NCBI RefSeq assembly: GCF_009914755.1
Contig: NC_060948.1
Strand: one strand, 5' to 3'
Length of the DNA stretch: 64,000 bases
Origin: the human T2T-CHM13v2.0 reference genome, Homo sapiens
The notes beneath the pieces were generated by a model. The model was not told the DNA's origin. It made no database searches and saw only the letters and a program-made list of their open reading frames with translations. This document shows, piece by piece, positions 28,501 to 41,506 of the stretch. Numbering within the stretch: the first letter of the stretch is position 1; every line of letters begins with the position of its first letter. The position numbers and the translations under genes were made by a program.

Positions 28501-30779
28501 GCAATGGTATAGAATGGAATGGAATCATCTGGAATGGAATTGAATGGAATGGAATAATATGAAATGGAATGGAATGGAATGGAATGGAATGCCCTTGAAT
28601 TAAATGGACTGGAATGGAATGGACTCGAACAGAGTGGAATGGAAAGTGTTGAGATAGAATGGAATGGACTCCTTTGGAATGGTGTAGTATGCAATGCAAT
28701 CGACTGGCAGGGAATCAAAAGGAATGTAATCGAATGGATTGGACTGGAATGCAATGGACTCGAATAGATTGCAAACAGAATGCAAAGGAATGGAATGGAA
28801 TAGTATGGAATGGAATGGAAAGGAATGGAGTGGAATAGACTAGAGTGGAATGGAATGGACTGGAAAGCAATGGACTGGAATGGAACTTTCTTGAATGGAC
28901 TGGAATCAAACGGAATGGAATGCAATGCAATCAAATGGCATGGAATAAAATAGAATGAAAGAGAATCAAATGGAATTGAATCGAATGGAATCGAATGGAT
29001 TGGAAAGGAATAGAATGGAATGGAATGGAATTGACTCAAATGGAATGGACTAGAATGGAATGGATTCGAATGGAAGGCAAAGGAATGGAATCTATTGGAA
29101 TGGACTGTAATGGAATGGAATGGAAGGGATTGGAATGGACTCGAATGGAATGGACTGCAATAGAAAGGATTTGAATGGAATGAAAAAGAATTGAATGGAA
29201 TAGAACAGAATGGAATCAAATCGAATGAAATGGAATGGAATAGAAAGGAATGGAATGAAATGGAATGGAAAGGATTCGAATGGAATGCAATCGAATGGAA
29301 TGGAATCGAACGGAATGGAATAAAATGGAAGAAAACTGGCAAGAAATGGAATCGAAATGAATGGAGTGTTATGGAACGGACTCAAAAGGAATTGAATGTA
29401 ATAGAATGGAGTGGAGTGGACTCGAATATAATGGACTGGAATGGAATGAAATCACATGGAATGGGAACGAATGGAATGGAATGGAAAGGAATGGAATCGA
29501 ATGGAAAGGAATCGAATGGAAGGGAATGAAATTGAATCAACAGGAATGGAAGGGAATAGAATAGACGGTAATGGAATGGACTCGAATAGAATGGACACGA
29601 ATGCTCAAATTGAATGGACTCGAATGGAATGGAAACGAAAGGAATGTCATCGAATGGAATTGAATCGATTGGAATGAAATCGCATAGAATGGAGTGGAAT
29701 CAAATGGAATTGAATCGAAAGGAAAGGAAGCGAATGGACTGAAATGAAATGGAATGGAATTGAATGGAAAGTAATGCAATGGAATAGAATGGAACGAAAT
29801 TTCACGGAATGGAATCAAACTGAATGGAATCAAATCAATGGAATCAAATCAAATGGAATGGAAAGGAATTGAATGGAGTAGATTGGATTGGATGGGATTG
29901 GAATGAAATGTACTGGAAAGGACTCGAATTTCATGAAACGGAATGGAATGAATTGGAACGGAATGGACTCGAATGGAATGGAATGTCATGGAATGGCATC
30001 AAATGGAATGGCATCAAATGGAATGGAATCGAATGCAATGGAATGCTATGGAATGGAATGGAATGCATTGGAATGGAATGTCCTCTAATGGAATGGATTC
30101 GAGTGGAATGGAATCGAATATAATGGAGTCGAATGAAATGGAATTGAAAGGAATGGGATCGAATACAATGGAATATACTGGAATGTAATGTAATGAACTC
30201 GAATGTAATTGACTGGAATGGAATGTACATGAATGGAATGTAATCGAATGGAAAGTAATCCAATGGAATAGAATCTAATGCAATAAAATCGACTCAGATA
30301 GATTAGAATGTAATGGAATGGAGTGCAGTGCAATGGAATGGAATGGAATGGAATGCAATGGAATGGAATGGAATGGAATGGAATGGAATGGAATGGAATG
30401 GAATGGGATGGAATGGTATGGAATGGTATGGAATGGATAGTAATGGACTGGAGTGAAATGGACTGGAAAGGAATGGACTCAAATTGAAAGGGCTCGAAAG
30501 GAATGGAGTCAAATGGAATGGTCTGGAATGGAATGAACACGAATGTAATGCAATCCAATAGAATGGAATCGAATGGCATGGAATATAAAGAAATGGATTC
30601 GAAGAGAATGGAAACAAATGGAATGGAATTGAATGGAATGGAATTGAATGGAATGGGAACGAATGGAGTGAAATTGTATGCAGTAGAAGGGAATAGAATG
30701 GAATGCAAGCGAAAGGAAAGGAATGGATTGGAATGGAATGGAATTCATTGGAATGGAAGGGAATGTAGTGTAATGGACA
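25537..30779 (+). repeat. Variant DYZ1 unit 8 (5243 bp = 3579 + 1664) containing an internal tandem repeat of 1664 bp
   Basis: No GGCC landmark between 25537 and 30780; mid-unit landmarks occur twice 1664 bp apart (e.g. ORF-track entries 26727/28391, 27527/29191, 28160/29824). Confidence 0.92.
26689..30035 (+). repeat. Direct tandem pair of a 1664-bp sub-unit segment (copy 1 26689-28352, copy 2 28353-30016) bounded by 19-bp microhomology AATGGAATGGAATCGAATG
   Basis: At 28341-28390 the late-unit motif GGCATCAAATGGAATGGAATCGAATG continues into the mid-unit motif GAAAGGACTCGAATGGAAATCACTCG instead of CAATGGAATGCTATGG. The 19-mer occurs at 26689, 28353 and 30017. Confidence 0.9.
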
Positions 30780-33700
30780 GGCCTGGAATAAAGTGGAATG
30801 CTACGGTCTCGAATGGAATAAAAATGTATGGAATGGAATACAAAGAAACGGAATCGAATGTCATAGAATGTAATGGAATGCAACAAAATGGAATCCAAAA
30901 TCATTGACTGGAAAGGCTGGGTGTCGAAAGGAATTGACTCCAATGGAATGGAATCGAATGGAATGGAAGTGAATAGAATCGAACTAAATCGAATGGAATG
31001 GAATTGATAGGAACGGAATGGAAAGGAATGCAATGATTTGGCATGGAATGGAATCGAATGGCATCGAATGGAATGGAATGGAATGCAATGGAATGGAATG
31101 TATTAGAATGTAATGAACTTTAATGGAATGTACTCGAATGGATTCGACTGGAATGGAATGTTCTGGAAGTGAATGGACTCCAATGGAATGGATTCAAAAG
31201 GAATGGAATCGTACGGAATGGAATCTAATGGAATGGAATTAAATGGAAATGAATCAAATTGAATAGCACGGAATTGAATTGAATGGAATGGAATGCAATG
31301 GAATCTAATGAAACGGAAAGGAAAGGAATGGAATGGAATGGAATGGGCTGGAATGGAAAGGAATCGAAACGAATGGAATGGAATCGAACTGAAGAGACTG
31401 GAATGGAATGCACTGGAATGGAAGGGAGTGTAATGGAAGGTTCTCGAAAAAAATGGAATCGAATGGAATGGAATTGAATGGAACGGAATAGAGTCGAATG
31501 GAATTGAATGGAATGGAATGGACTAGAGTGAAATGGAATCGAACCACAAGGAATGGAGAGGAATAGAATGGTCTCGAATTGAATGGAATCGTATGGAATG
31601 GCATCAAACGGAATGGAATGGACAGCCACGGAATGGAATGCACTCGAATGCAATGGAGTCGAAACTAATGGACTGGAATAGAATGGACTCGACTGGTACG
31701 GACTCCAATGGAATGGAATCGAATGGAAGGGAATCGAACGGAATGGACTCGAAGGGAAAAGACTGCAATGGAAAGGTCTGGAATGGAATGGAAATTAATG
31801 GAATGGAATGGAATCGAATGAAATGGAGTCAAAAGGAATGGAATCGAATGGCAAGAAATCGAATGTAATGGAATCGCAAGGAATTGATGTGAACGGAACG
31901 GAATGGAATGGAATCCAAAGGAATGGAATAGAATGGAATGGAATCGAATGGAAAGGACTCGAATGGAAATCACTCGAATAGAATGCAATTTAATAAAATA
32001 GGATCAAATGGAATGGAATGGAATGGAAAGGAATCGAAACGAAAGGAATGGAGACAGATGGAATGGAATGGAACAGAGAGCAATGCTATAGAATGGAATG
32101 GAATCATCTGGAATGGAATTGAATGGAATGGAATAATATGAAATGGAATGGAATGGAATGGAATGGAATGCCCTTGAATTAAATGGACTGGAATGGAATG
32201 GACTCCAACAGAGTGGAATGGAAAGTGTTGAGATAGAATGGAATGGACTCCTTTGGAATGGTCTAGTATGCAATGCAATCGACTGGCAGGGAATCAAAAG
32301 GAATGTAATCGAATGGATTGGACTGGAATGCAATGGACTCGAATAGATTGGAAACGGAATGCAAAGGAATGGAATGGAATAGTATGGAATGGAATGGAAA
32401 GGAATGGAGTGGAATAGACTAGAGTGGAATGGAATGGACTGGAAAGCAATGGACTGGAATGGAACTTTCTTGAATGGACTGGAATCAAACGGAATGGAAT
32501 GCAATGCAATCAAATGGCATGGAATAAAATAGAATGAAAGAGAATCAAATGGAATTGAATCGAATGGAATCGAATGGATTGGAAAGGAATAGAATGGAAT
32601 GGAATGGAATTGACTCAAATGGAATGGACTAGAATGGAATGGATTCGAATGGAAGGCAAAGGAATGGAATCTATTGGAATGGACTGTAATGGAATGGAAT
32701 GGAAGGGATTGGAATGGACTCGAATGGAATGGACTGCAATAGAAAGGATTCCAATGGAATGAAAAAGAATTGAATGGAATAGAACAGAATGGAATCAAAT
32801 CGAATGAAATGGAATGGAATAGAAAGGAATGGAATGAAATGGAATGGAAAGGATTCGAATGGAATGCAATCGAATGGAATGGAATCGAACGGAATGGAAT
32901 AAAATGGAAGAAAACTGGCAAGAAATGGAATCGAAATGAATGGAGTATTATGGAACGGACTCAAAAGGAATTGAATGTAATAGAATGGAGTGGAGTGGAC
33001 TCGAATATAATGGACTGGAATGGAATGAAATCACATGGAATGGGAACGAATGGAATGGAATGGAAAGGAATGGAATCGAATGGAAAGGAATCGAATGGAA
33101 GGGAATGAAATTGAATCAACAGGAATGGAAGGGAATAGAATAGACGGTAATGGAATGGACTCGAATAGAATGGACACGAATGCTCAAATTGAATGGACTC
33201 GAATGGAATGGAAACGAAAGGAATGTCATCGAATGGAATTGAATCGATTGGAATGAAATCGCATAGAATGGAGTGGAATCAAATGGAATTGAATCGAAAG
33301 GAAAGGAAGCGAATGGACTGAAATGAAATGGAATGGAATTGAATGGAAAGTAATGCAATGGAATAGAATGGAACGAAATTTCACGGAATGGAATCAAACT
33401 GAATGGAATCAAATCAATGGAATCTAATCAAATGGAATGGAAAGGAATTGAATGGAGTAGATTGGATTGGATGGGATTGGAATGAAATCTACTGGAAAGG
33501 ACTCGAATTTCATGAAACGGAATGGAATGAATTGGAACGGAATGGACTCGAATGGAATGGAATGTCATGGAATGGCATCAAATGGAATGGCATCAAATGG
33601 AATGGAATCGAATGCAATGGAATGTTATGGAATGGAATGGAATGCATTGGAATGGAATGTCCTCTAATGGAATGGATTCGAGTGGAATGGAATCGAATAT

Positions 33701-34358
33701 AATGGAGTCGAATGAAATGGAATTGAAAGGAATGGGATCGAATAGAATGGAATATACTGGAATGTAATGTAATGAACTCGAATGTAATTGACTGGAATGG
33801 AATGTACATGAATGGAAGGTAATCGAATGGAAAGTAATCCAATGGAATAGAATCTAATGCAATAAAACCGACTCAGATAGAGTAGAATGTAATGGAATGG
33901 AGTGCAGTGCAATGGAATGGAATGGAATGGAATGCAATGGAATGGAATGGAATGGAATGGAATGGAATGGAATGGAATGGAATGGGATGGAATGGTATGG
34001 AATGGTATGGAATGGATAGTAATGGACTGGAGTGAAATGGACTGGAAAGGAATGGACTCAAATTGAAAGGGCTCGAAAGGAATGGAGTCAAATGGAATGG
34101 TCTGGAATGGAATGAACACGAATGTAATGCAATCCAATAGAATGGAATCGAATGGCATGGAATATAAAGAAATGGATTCGAAGAGAATGGAAACAAATGG
34201 AATGGAATTGAATGGAATGGAATTGAATGGAATGGGAACGAATGGAGTGAAATTGTATGCAGTAGAAGGGAATAGAATGGAATGCAAGCGAAAGGAAAGG
34301 AATGGATTGGAATGGAATGGAATTCATTGGAATGGAAGGGAATGTAGTGTAATGGACA
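30780..34358 (+). repeat. DYZ1 unit 9 (3579 bp; near-identical to unit 4)
   Basis: Spacing of GGCC landmarks; shared GGTCTGGAATGG and TACAAAGAAACG variants. Confidence 0.9.
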
Positions 34359-37300
34359 GGCCTGGAATAAAGTGGAATGCTACGGTCTCGAATGGAATAA
34401 AAATGTATGGAATGGAATACAAAGAAACGGAATCGAATGTCATAGAATGTAATGGAATGCAACAAAATGGAATCCAAAATCATTGACTGGAAAGGCTGGG
34501 TGTCGAAAGGAATTGACTCCAATGGAATGGAATCGAATGGAATGGAAGTGAATAGAATCGAACTAAATCGAATGGAATGGAATTGATAGGAACGGAATGG
34601 AAAGGAATGCAATGATTTGGCATGGAATGGAATCGAATGGCATCGAATGGAATGGAATGGAATGCAATGGAATGGAATGTATTAGAATGTAATGAACTTT
34701 AATGGAATGTACTCGAATGGATTCGACTGGAATGGAATGTTCTGGAAGTGAATGGACTCCAATGGAATGGATTCAAAAGGAATGGAATCGTACGGAATGG
34801 AATCTAATGGAATGGAATTAAATGGAAATGAATCAAATTGAATAGCACGGAATTGAATTGAATGGAATGGAATGCAATGGAATCTAATGAAACGGAAAGG
34901 AAAGGAATGGAATGGAATGGAATGGGCTGGAATGGAAAGGAATCGAAACGAATGGAATGGAATCGAACTGAAGAGACTGGAATGGAATGCACTGGAATGG
35001 AAGGGAGTGTAATGGAAGGTTCTCGAAAAAAATGGAATCGAATGGAATGGAATTGAATGGAACGGAATAGAGTCGAATGGAATTGAATGGAATGGAATGG
35101 ACTAGAGTGAAATGGAATCGAACCACAAGGAATGGAGAGGAATAGAATGGTCTCGAATTGAATGGAATCGTATGGAATGGCATCAAACGGAATGGAATGG
35201 ACAGCCACGGAATGGAATGCACTCGAATGCAATGGAGTCGAAACTAATGGACTGGAATAGAATGGACTCGACTGGTACGGACTCCAATGGAATGGAATCG
35301 AATGGAAGGGAATCGAACGGAATGGACTCGAAGGGAAAAGACTGCAATGGAAAGGTCTGGAATGGAATGGAAATTAATGGAATGGAATGGAATCGAATGA
35401 AATGGAGTCAAAAGGAATGGAATCGAATGGCAAGAAATCGAATGTAATGGAATCGCAAGGAATTGATGTGAACGGAACGGAATGGAATGGAATCCAAAGG
35501 AATGGAATAGAATGGAATGGAATCGAATGGAAAGGACTCGAATGGAAATCACTCGAATAGAATGCAATTTAATAAAATAGGATCAAATGGAATGGAATGG
35601 AATGGAAAGGAATCGAAACGAAAGGAATGGAGACAGATGGAATGGAATGGAACAGAGAGCAATGCTATAGAATGGAATGGAATCATCTGGAATGGAATTG
35701 AATGGAATGGAATAATATGAAATGGAATGGAATGGAATGGAATGGAATGCCCTTGAATTAAATGGACTGGAATGGAATGGACTCCAACAGAGTGGAATGG
35801 AAAGTGTTGAGATAGAATGGAATGGACTCCTTTGGAATGGTCTAGTATGCAATGCAATCGACTGGCAGGGAATCAAAAGGAATGTAATCGAATGGATTGG
35901 ACTGGAATGCAATGGACTCGAATAGATTGGAAACGGAATGCAAAGGAATGGAATGGAATAGTATGGAATGGAATGGAAAGGAATGGAGTGGAATAGACTA
36001 GAGTGGAATGGAATGGACTGGAAAGCAATGGACTGGAATGGAACTTTCTTGAATGGACTGGAATCAAACGGAATGGAATGCAATGCAATCAAATGGCATG
36101 GAATAAAATAGAATGAAAGAGAATCAAATGGAATTGAATCGAATGGAATCGAATGGATTGGAAAGGAATAGAATGGAATGGAATGGAATTGACTCAAATG
36201 GAATGGACTAGAATGGAATGGATTCGAATGGAAGGCAAAGGAATGGAATCTATTGGAATGGACTGTAATGGAATGGAATGGAAGGGATTGGAATGGACTC
36301 GAATGGAATGGACTGCAATAGAAAGGATTCCAATGGAATGAAAAAGAATTGAATGGAATAGAACAGAATGGAATCAAATCGAATGAAATGGAATGGAATA
36401 GAAAGGAATGGAATGAAATGGAATGGAAAGGATTCGAATGGAATGCAATCGAATGGAATGGAATCGAACGGAATGGAATAAAATGGAAGAAAACTGGCAA
36501 GAAATGGAATCGAAATGAATGGAGTATTATGGAACGGACTCAAAAGGAATTGAATGTAATAGAATGGAGTGGAGTGGACTCGAATATAATGGACTGGAAT
36601 GGAATGAAATCACATGGAATGGGAACGAATGGAATGGAATGGAAAGGAATGGAATCGAATGGAAAGGAATCGAATGGAAGGGAATGAAATTGAATCAACA
36701 GGAATGGAAGGGAATAGAATAGACGGTAATGGAATGGACTCGAATAGAATGGACACGAATGCTCAAATTGAATGGACTCGAATGGAATGGAAACGAAAGG
36801 AATGTCATCGAATGGAATTGAATCGATTGGAATGAAATCGCATAGAATGGAGTGGAATCAAATGGAATTGAATCGAAAGGAAAGGAAGCGAATGGACTGA
36901 AATGAAATGGAATGGAATTGAATGGAAAGTAATGCAATGGAATAGAATGGAACGAAATTTCACGGAATGGAATCAAACTGAATGGAATCAAATCAATGGA
37001 ATCTAATCAAATGGAATGGAAAGGAATTGAATGGAGTAGATTGGATTGGATGGGATTGGAATGAAATCTACTGGAAAGGACTCGAATTTCATGAAACGGA
37101 ATGGAATGAATTGGAACGGAATGGACTCGAATGGAATGGAATGTCATGGAATGGCATCAAATGGAATGGCATCAAATGGAATGGAATCGAATGCAATGGA
37201 ATGTTATGGAATGGAATGGAATGCATTGGAATGGAATGTCCTCTAATGGAATGGATTCGAGTGGAATGGAATCGAATATAATGGAGTCGAATGAAATGGA

Positions 37301-37932
37301 ATTGAAAGGAATGGGATCGAATAGAATGGAATATACTGGAATGTAATGTAATGAACTCGAATGTAATTGACTGGAATGGAATGTACATGAATGGAAGGTA
37401 ATCGAATGGAAAGTAATCCAATGGAATACAATCTAATGCAATAAAACCGACTCAGATAGAGTAGAATGTAATGGAATGGAGTGCAGTGCAATGGAATGGA
37501 ATGGAATTGAATGCAATGGAATGGAATGGAATGGAATGGAATGGAATGGAATGGAATGGAATGGAATGGGATGGAATGGTATGGAATGGATAGAAATGGA
37601 CTGGAGTGAAATGGACTGGAAAGGAATGGACTCAAATTGAAAGGGCTCGAAAGGAATGGAGTCAAATGGAATGGTCTGGAATGGAATGAACACGAATGTA
37701 ATGCAATCCAATAGAATGGAATCGAATGGCATGGAATATAAAGAAATGGATACGAAGAGAATGGAAACAAATGGAATGGAATTGAATGGAATGGAATTGA
37801 ATGGAATGGGAACGAATGGAGTGAAATTGTATGCAGTAGAAGGGAATAGAATGGAATGCAAGCGAAAGGAAAGGAATGGATTGGAATGGAATGGAATTCA
37901 TTGGAATGGAAGGGAATGTAGTGTAATGGACA
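34359..37932 (+). repeat. DYZ1 unit 10 (3574 bp; body near-identical to unit 9)
   Basis: Spacing of GGCC landmarks. Confidence 0.9.
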
Positions 37933-40900
37933 GGCCTGGAATAAAGTGGAATGCTACGGTCTCGAATGGAATAAAAATGTATGGAATGGAATGCAATGAA
38001 ACGGAATCGAATGTCATAGAATGTAATGGAATGCAACAAAATGGAATCCAAAATCATTGACTGGAAAGGCTGGGTGTCGAAAGGAATTGACTCCAATGGA
38101 ATGGAATCGAATGGAATGGAAGTGAATAGAATCGAACTAAATCGAATGGAATGGAATTGATAGGAACGGAATGGAAAGGAATGCAATGATTTGGCATGGA
38201 ATGGAATCGAATGGCATCGAATGGAATGGAATGGAATGCAATGGAATGGAATGTATTAGAATGTAATGAACTTTAATGGAATGTACTCGAATGGATTCGA
38301 CTGGAATGGAATGTTCTGGAAGTGAATGGACTCCAATGGAATGGATTCAAAAGGAATGGAATCGTACGGAATGGAATCTAATGGAATGGAATTAAATGGA
38401 AATGAATCAAATTGAATAGCACGGAATTGAATTGAATGGAATGGAATGCAATGGAATCTAATGAAACGGAAAGGAAAGGAATGGAATGGAATGGAATGGG
38501 CTGGAATGGAAAGGAATCGAAACGAATGGAATGGAATCGAACTGAAGAGACTGGAATGGAATGCACTGGAATGGAAGGGAGTGTAATGGAAGGTTCTCGA
38601 AAAAAATGGAATCGAATGGAATGGAATTGAATGGAACGGAATAGAGTCGAATGGAATTGAATGGAATGGAATGGACTAGAGTGAAATGGAATCGAACCAC
38701 AAGGAATGGAGAGGAATAGAATGGTCTCGAATTGAATGGAATCATATGGAATGGCATCAAACGGAATGGAATGGACAGCCACGGAATGGAATGCACTCGA
38801 ATGCAATGGAGTCGAAACTAATGGACTGGAATAGAATGGACTCGACTGGTACGGACTCCAATGGAATGGAATCGAATGGAAGGGAATCGAACGGAATGGA
38901 CTCGAAGGGAAAAGACTGCAATGGAAAGGTCTCGAATGGAATGGAAATTAATGGAATGGAATGGAATCGAATGAAATGGAGTCAAAAGGAATGGAATCGA
39001 ATGGCAAGAAATCGAATGTAATGGAATCGCAAGGAATTGATGTGAACGGAACGGAATGGAATGGAATCCAAAGGAATGGAATAGAATGGAATGGAATCGA
39101 ATGGAAAGGACTCGAATGGAAATCACTCGAATAGAATGCAATTTAATAAAATAGGATCAAATATAATGGAATGGAATGGAAAGGAATCGAAACGAAAGGA
39201 ATGGAGACAGATGGAATGGAATAGAACAGAGAGCAATGGTATAGAATGGAATGGAATCATCTGGAATGGAATTGAATGGAATGGAATAATATGAAATGGA
39301 ATGGAATGGAATGGAATGGAATGCCCTTGAATTAAATGGACTGGAATGGAATGGACTCGAACAGAGTGGAATGGAAAGTGTTGAGATAGAATGGAATGGA
39401 CTCCTTTGGAATGGTGTAGTATGCAATGCAATCGACTGGCAGGGAATCAAAAGGAATGTAATCGAATGGATTGGACTGGAATGCAATGGACTCGAATAGA
39501 TTGCAAACAGAATGCAAAGGAATGGAATGGAATAGTATGGAATGGAATGGAAAGGAATGGAGTGGAATAGACTAGAGTGGAATGGAATGGACTGGAAAGC
39601 AATGGACTGGAATGGAACTTTCTTGAATGGACTGGAATCAAACGGAATGGAATGCAATGCAATCAAATGGCATGGAATAAAATAGAATGAAAGAGAATCA
39701 AATGGAATTGAATCGAATGGAATCGAATGGATTGGAAAGGAATAGAATGGAATGGAATGGAATTGACTCAAATGGAATGGACTAGAATGGAATGGATTCG
39801 AATGGAAGGCAAAGGAATGGAATCTATTGGAATGGACTGTAATGGAATGGAATGGAAGGGATTGGAATGGACTCGAATGGAATGGACTGCAATAGAAAGG
39901 ATTCGAATGGAATGAAAAAGAATTGAATGGAATAGAACAGAATGGAATCAAATCGAATGAAATGGAATGGAATAGAAAGGAATGGAATGAAATGGAATGG
40001 AAAGGATTCGAATGGAATGCAATCGAATGGAATGGAATCAAACGGAATGGAATAAAATGGAAGAAAACTGGCAAGAAATGGAATCGAAATGAATGGAGTG
40101 TTATGGAACGGACTCAAAAGGAATTGAATGTAATAGAATGGAGTGGAGTGGACTCGAATATAATGGACTGGAATGGAATGAAATCACATGGAATGGGAAC
40201 GAATGGAATGGAATGGAAAGGAATGGAATCGAATGGAAAGGAATCGAATGGAAGGGAATGAAATTGAATCAACAGGAATGGAAGGGAATAGAATAGACGG
40301 TAATGGAATGGACTCGAATAGAATGGACACGAATGCTCAAATTGAATGGACTCGAATGGAATGGAAACGAAAGGAATGTCATCGAATGGAATTGAATCGA
40401 TTGGAATGAAATCGCATAGAATGGAGTGGAATCAAATGGAATTGAATCGAAAGGAAAGGAAGCGAATGGACTGAAATGAAATGGAATGGAATTGAATGGA
40501 AAGTAATGCAATGGAATAGAATGGAACGAAATTTCACGGAATGGAATCAAACTGAATGGAATCAAATCAATGGAATCAAATCAAATGGAATGGAAAGGAA
40601 TTGAATGGAGTAGATTGGATTGGATGGGATTGGAATGAAATGTACTGGAAAGGACTCGAATTTCATGAAACGGAATGGAATGAATTGGAACGGAATGGAC
40701 TCGAATGGAATGGAATGTCATGGAATGGCATCAAATGGAATGGCATCAAATGGAATGGAATCGAATGCAATGGAATGCTATGGAATGGAATGGAATGCAT
40801 TGGAATGGAATGTCCTCTAATGGAATGGATTCGAGTGGAATGGAATCGAATATAATGGAGTCGAATGAAATGGAATTGAAAGGAATGGGATCGAATACAA

Positions 40901-41506
40901 TGGAATATACTGGAATGTAATGTAATGAACTCGAATGTAATTGACTGGAATGGAATGTACATGAATGGAATGTAATCGAATGGAAAGTAATCCAATGGAA
41001 TAGAATCTAATGCAATAAAATCGACTCAGATAGAGTAGAATGTAATGGAATGGAGTGCAGTGAAATGGAATGGAATGGAATGGAATGCAATGGAATGGAA
41101 TGGAATGGAATGGAATGGAATGGAATGGAATGGAATGGAATGGGATGGAATGGTATGGAATGGATAGTAATGGACTGGAGTGAAATGGACTGGAAAGGAA
41201 TGGACTCAAATTGAAAGGGCTCGAAAGGAATGGAGTCAAATGGAATGGTCTGGAATGGAATGAACACGAATGTAATGCAATCCAATAGAATGGAATCGAA
41301 TGGCATGGAATATAAAGAAATGGATTCGAAGAGAATGGAAACAAATGGAATGGAATTGAATGGAATGGAATTGAATGGAATGGGAACGAATGGAGTGAAA
41401 TTGTATGCAGTAGAAGGGAATAGAATGGAATGCAAGCGAAAGGAAAGGAATGGATTGGAATGGAATGGAATTCATTGGAATGGAAGGGAATGTAGTGTAA
41501 TGGACA
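37933..41506 (+). repeat. DYZ1 unit 11 (3574 bp; unit-3/8 type)
   Basis: Spacing of GGCC landmarks; AATCATATGG, TCAAATATAA and GATTGCAAACAG variants. Confidence 0.9.
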
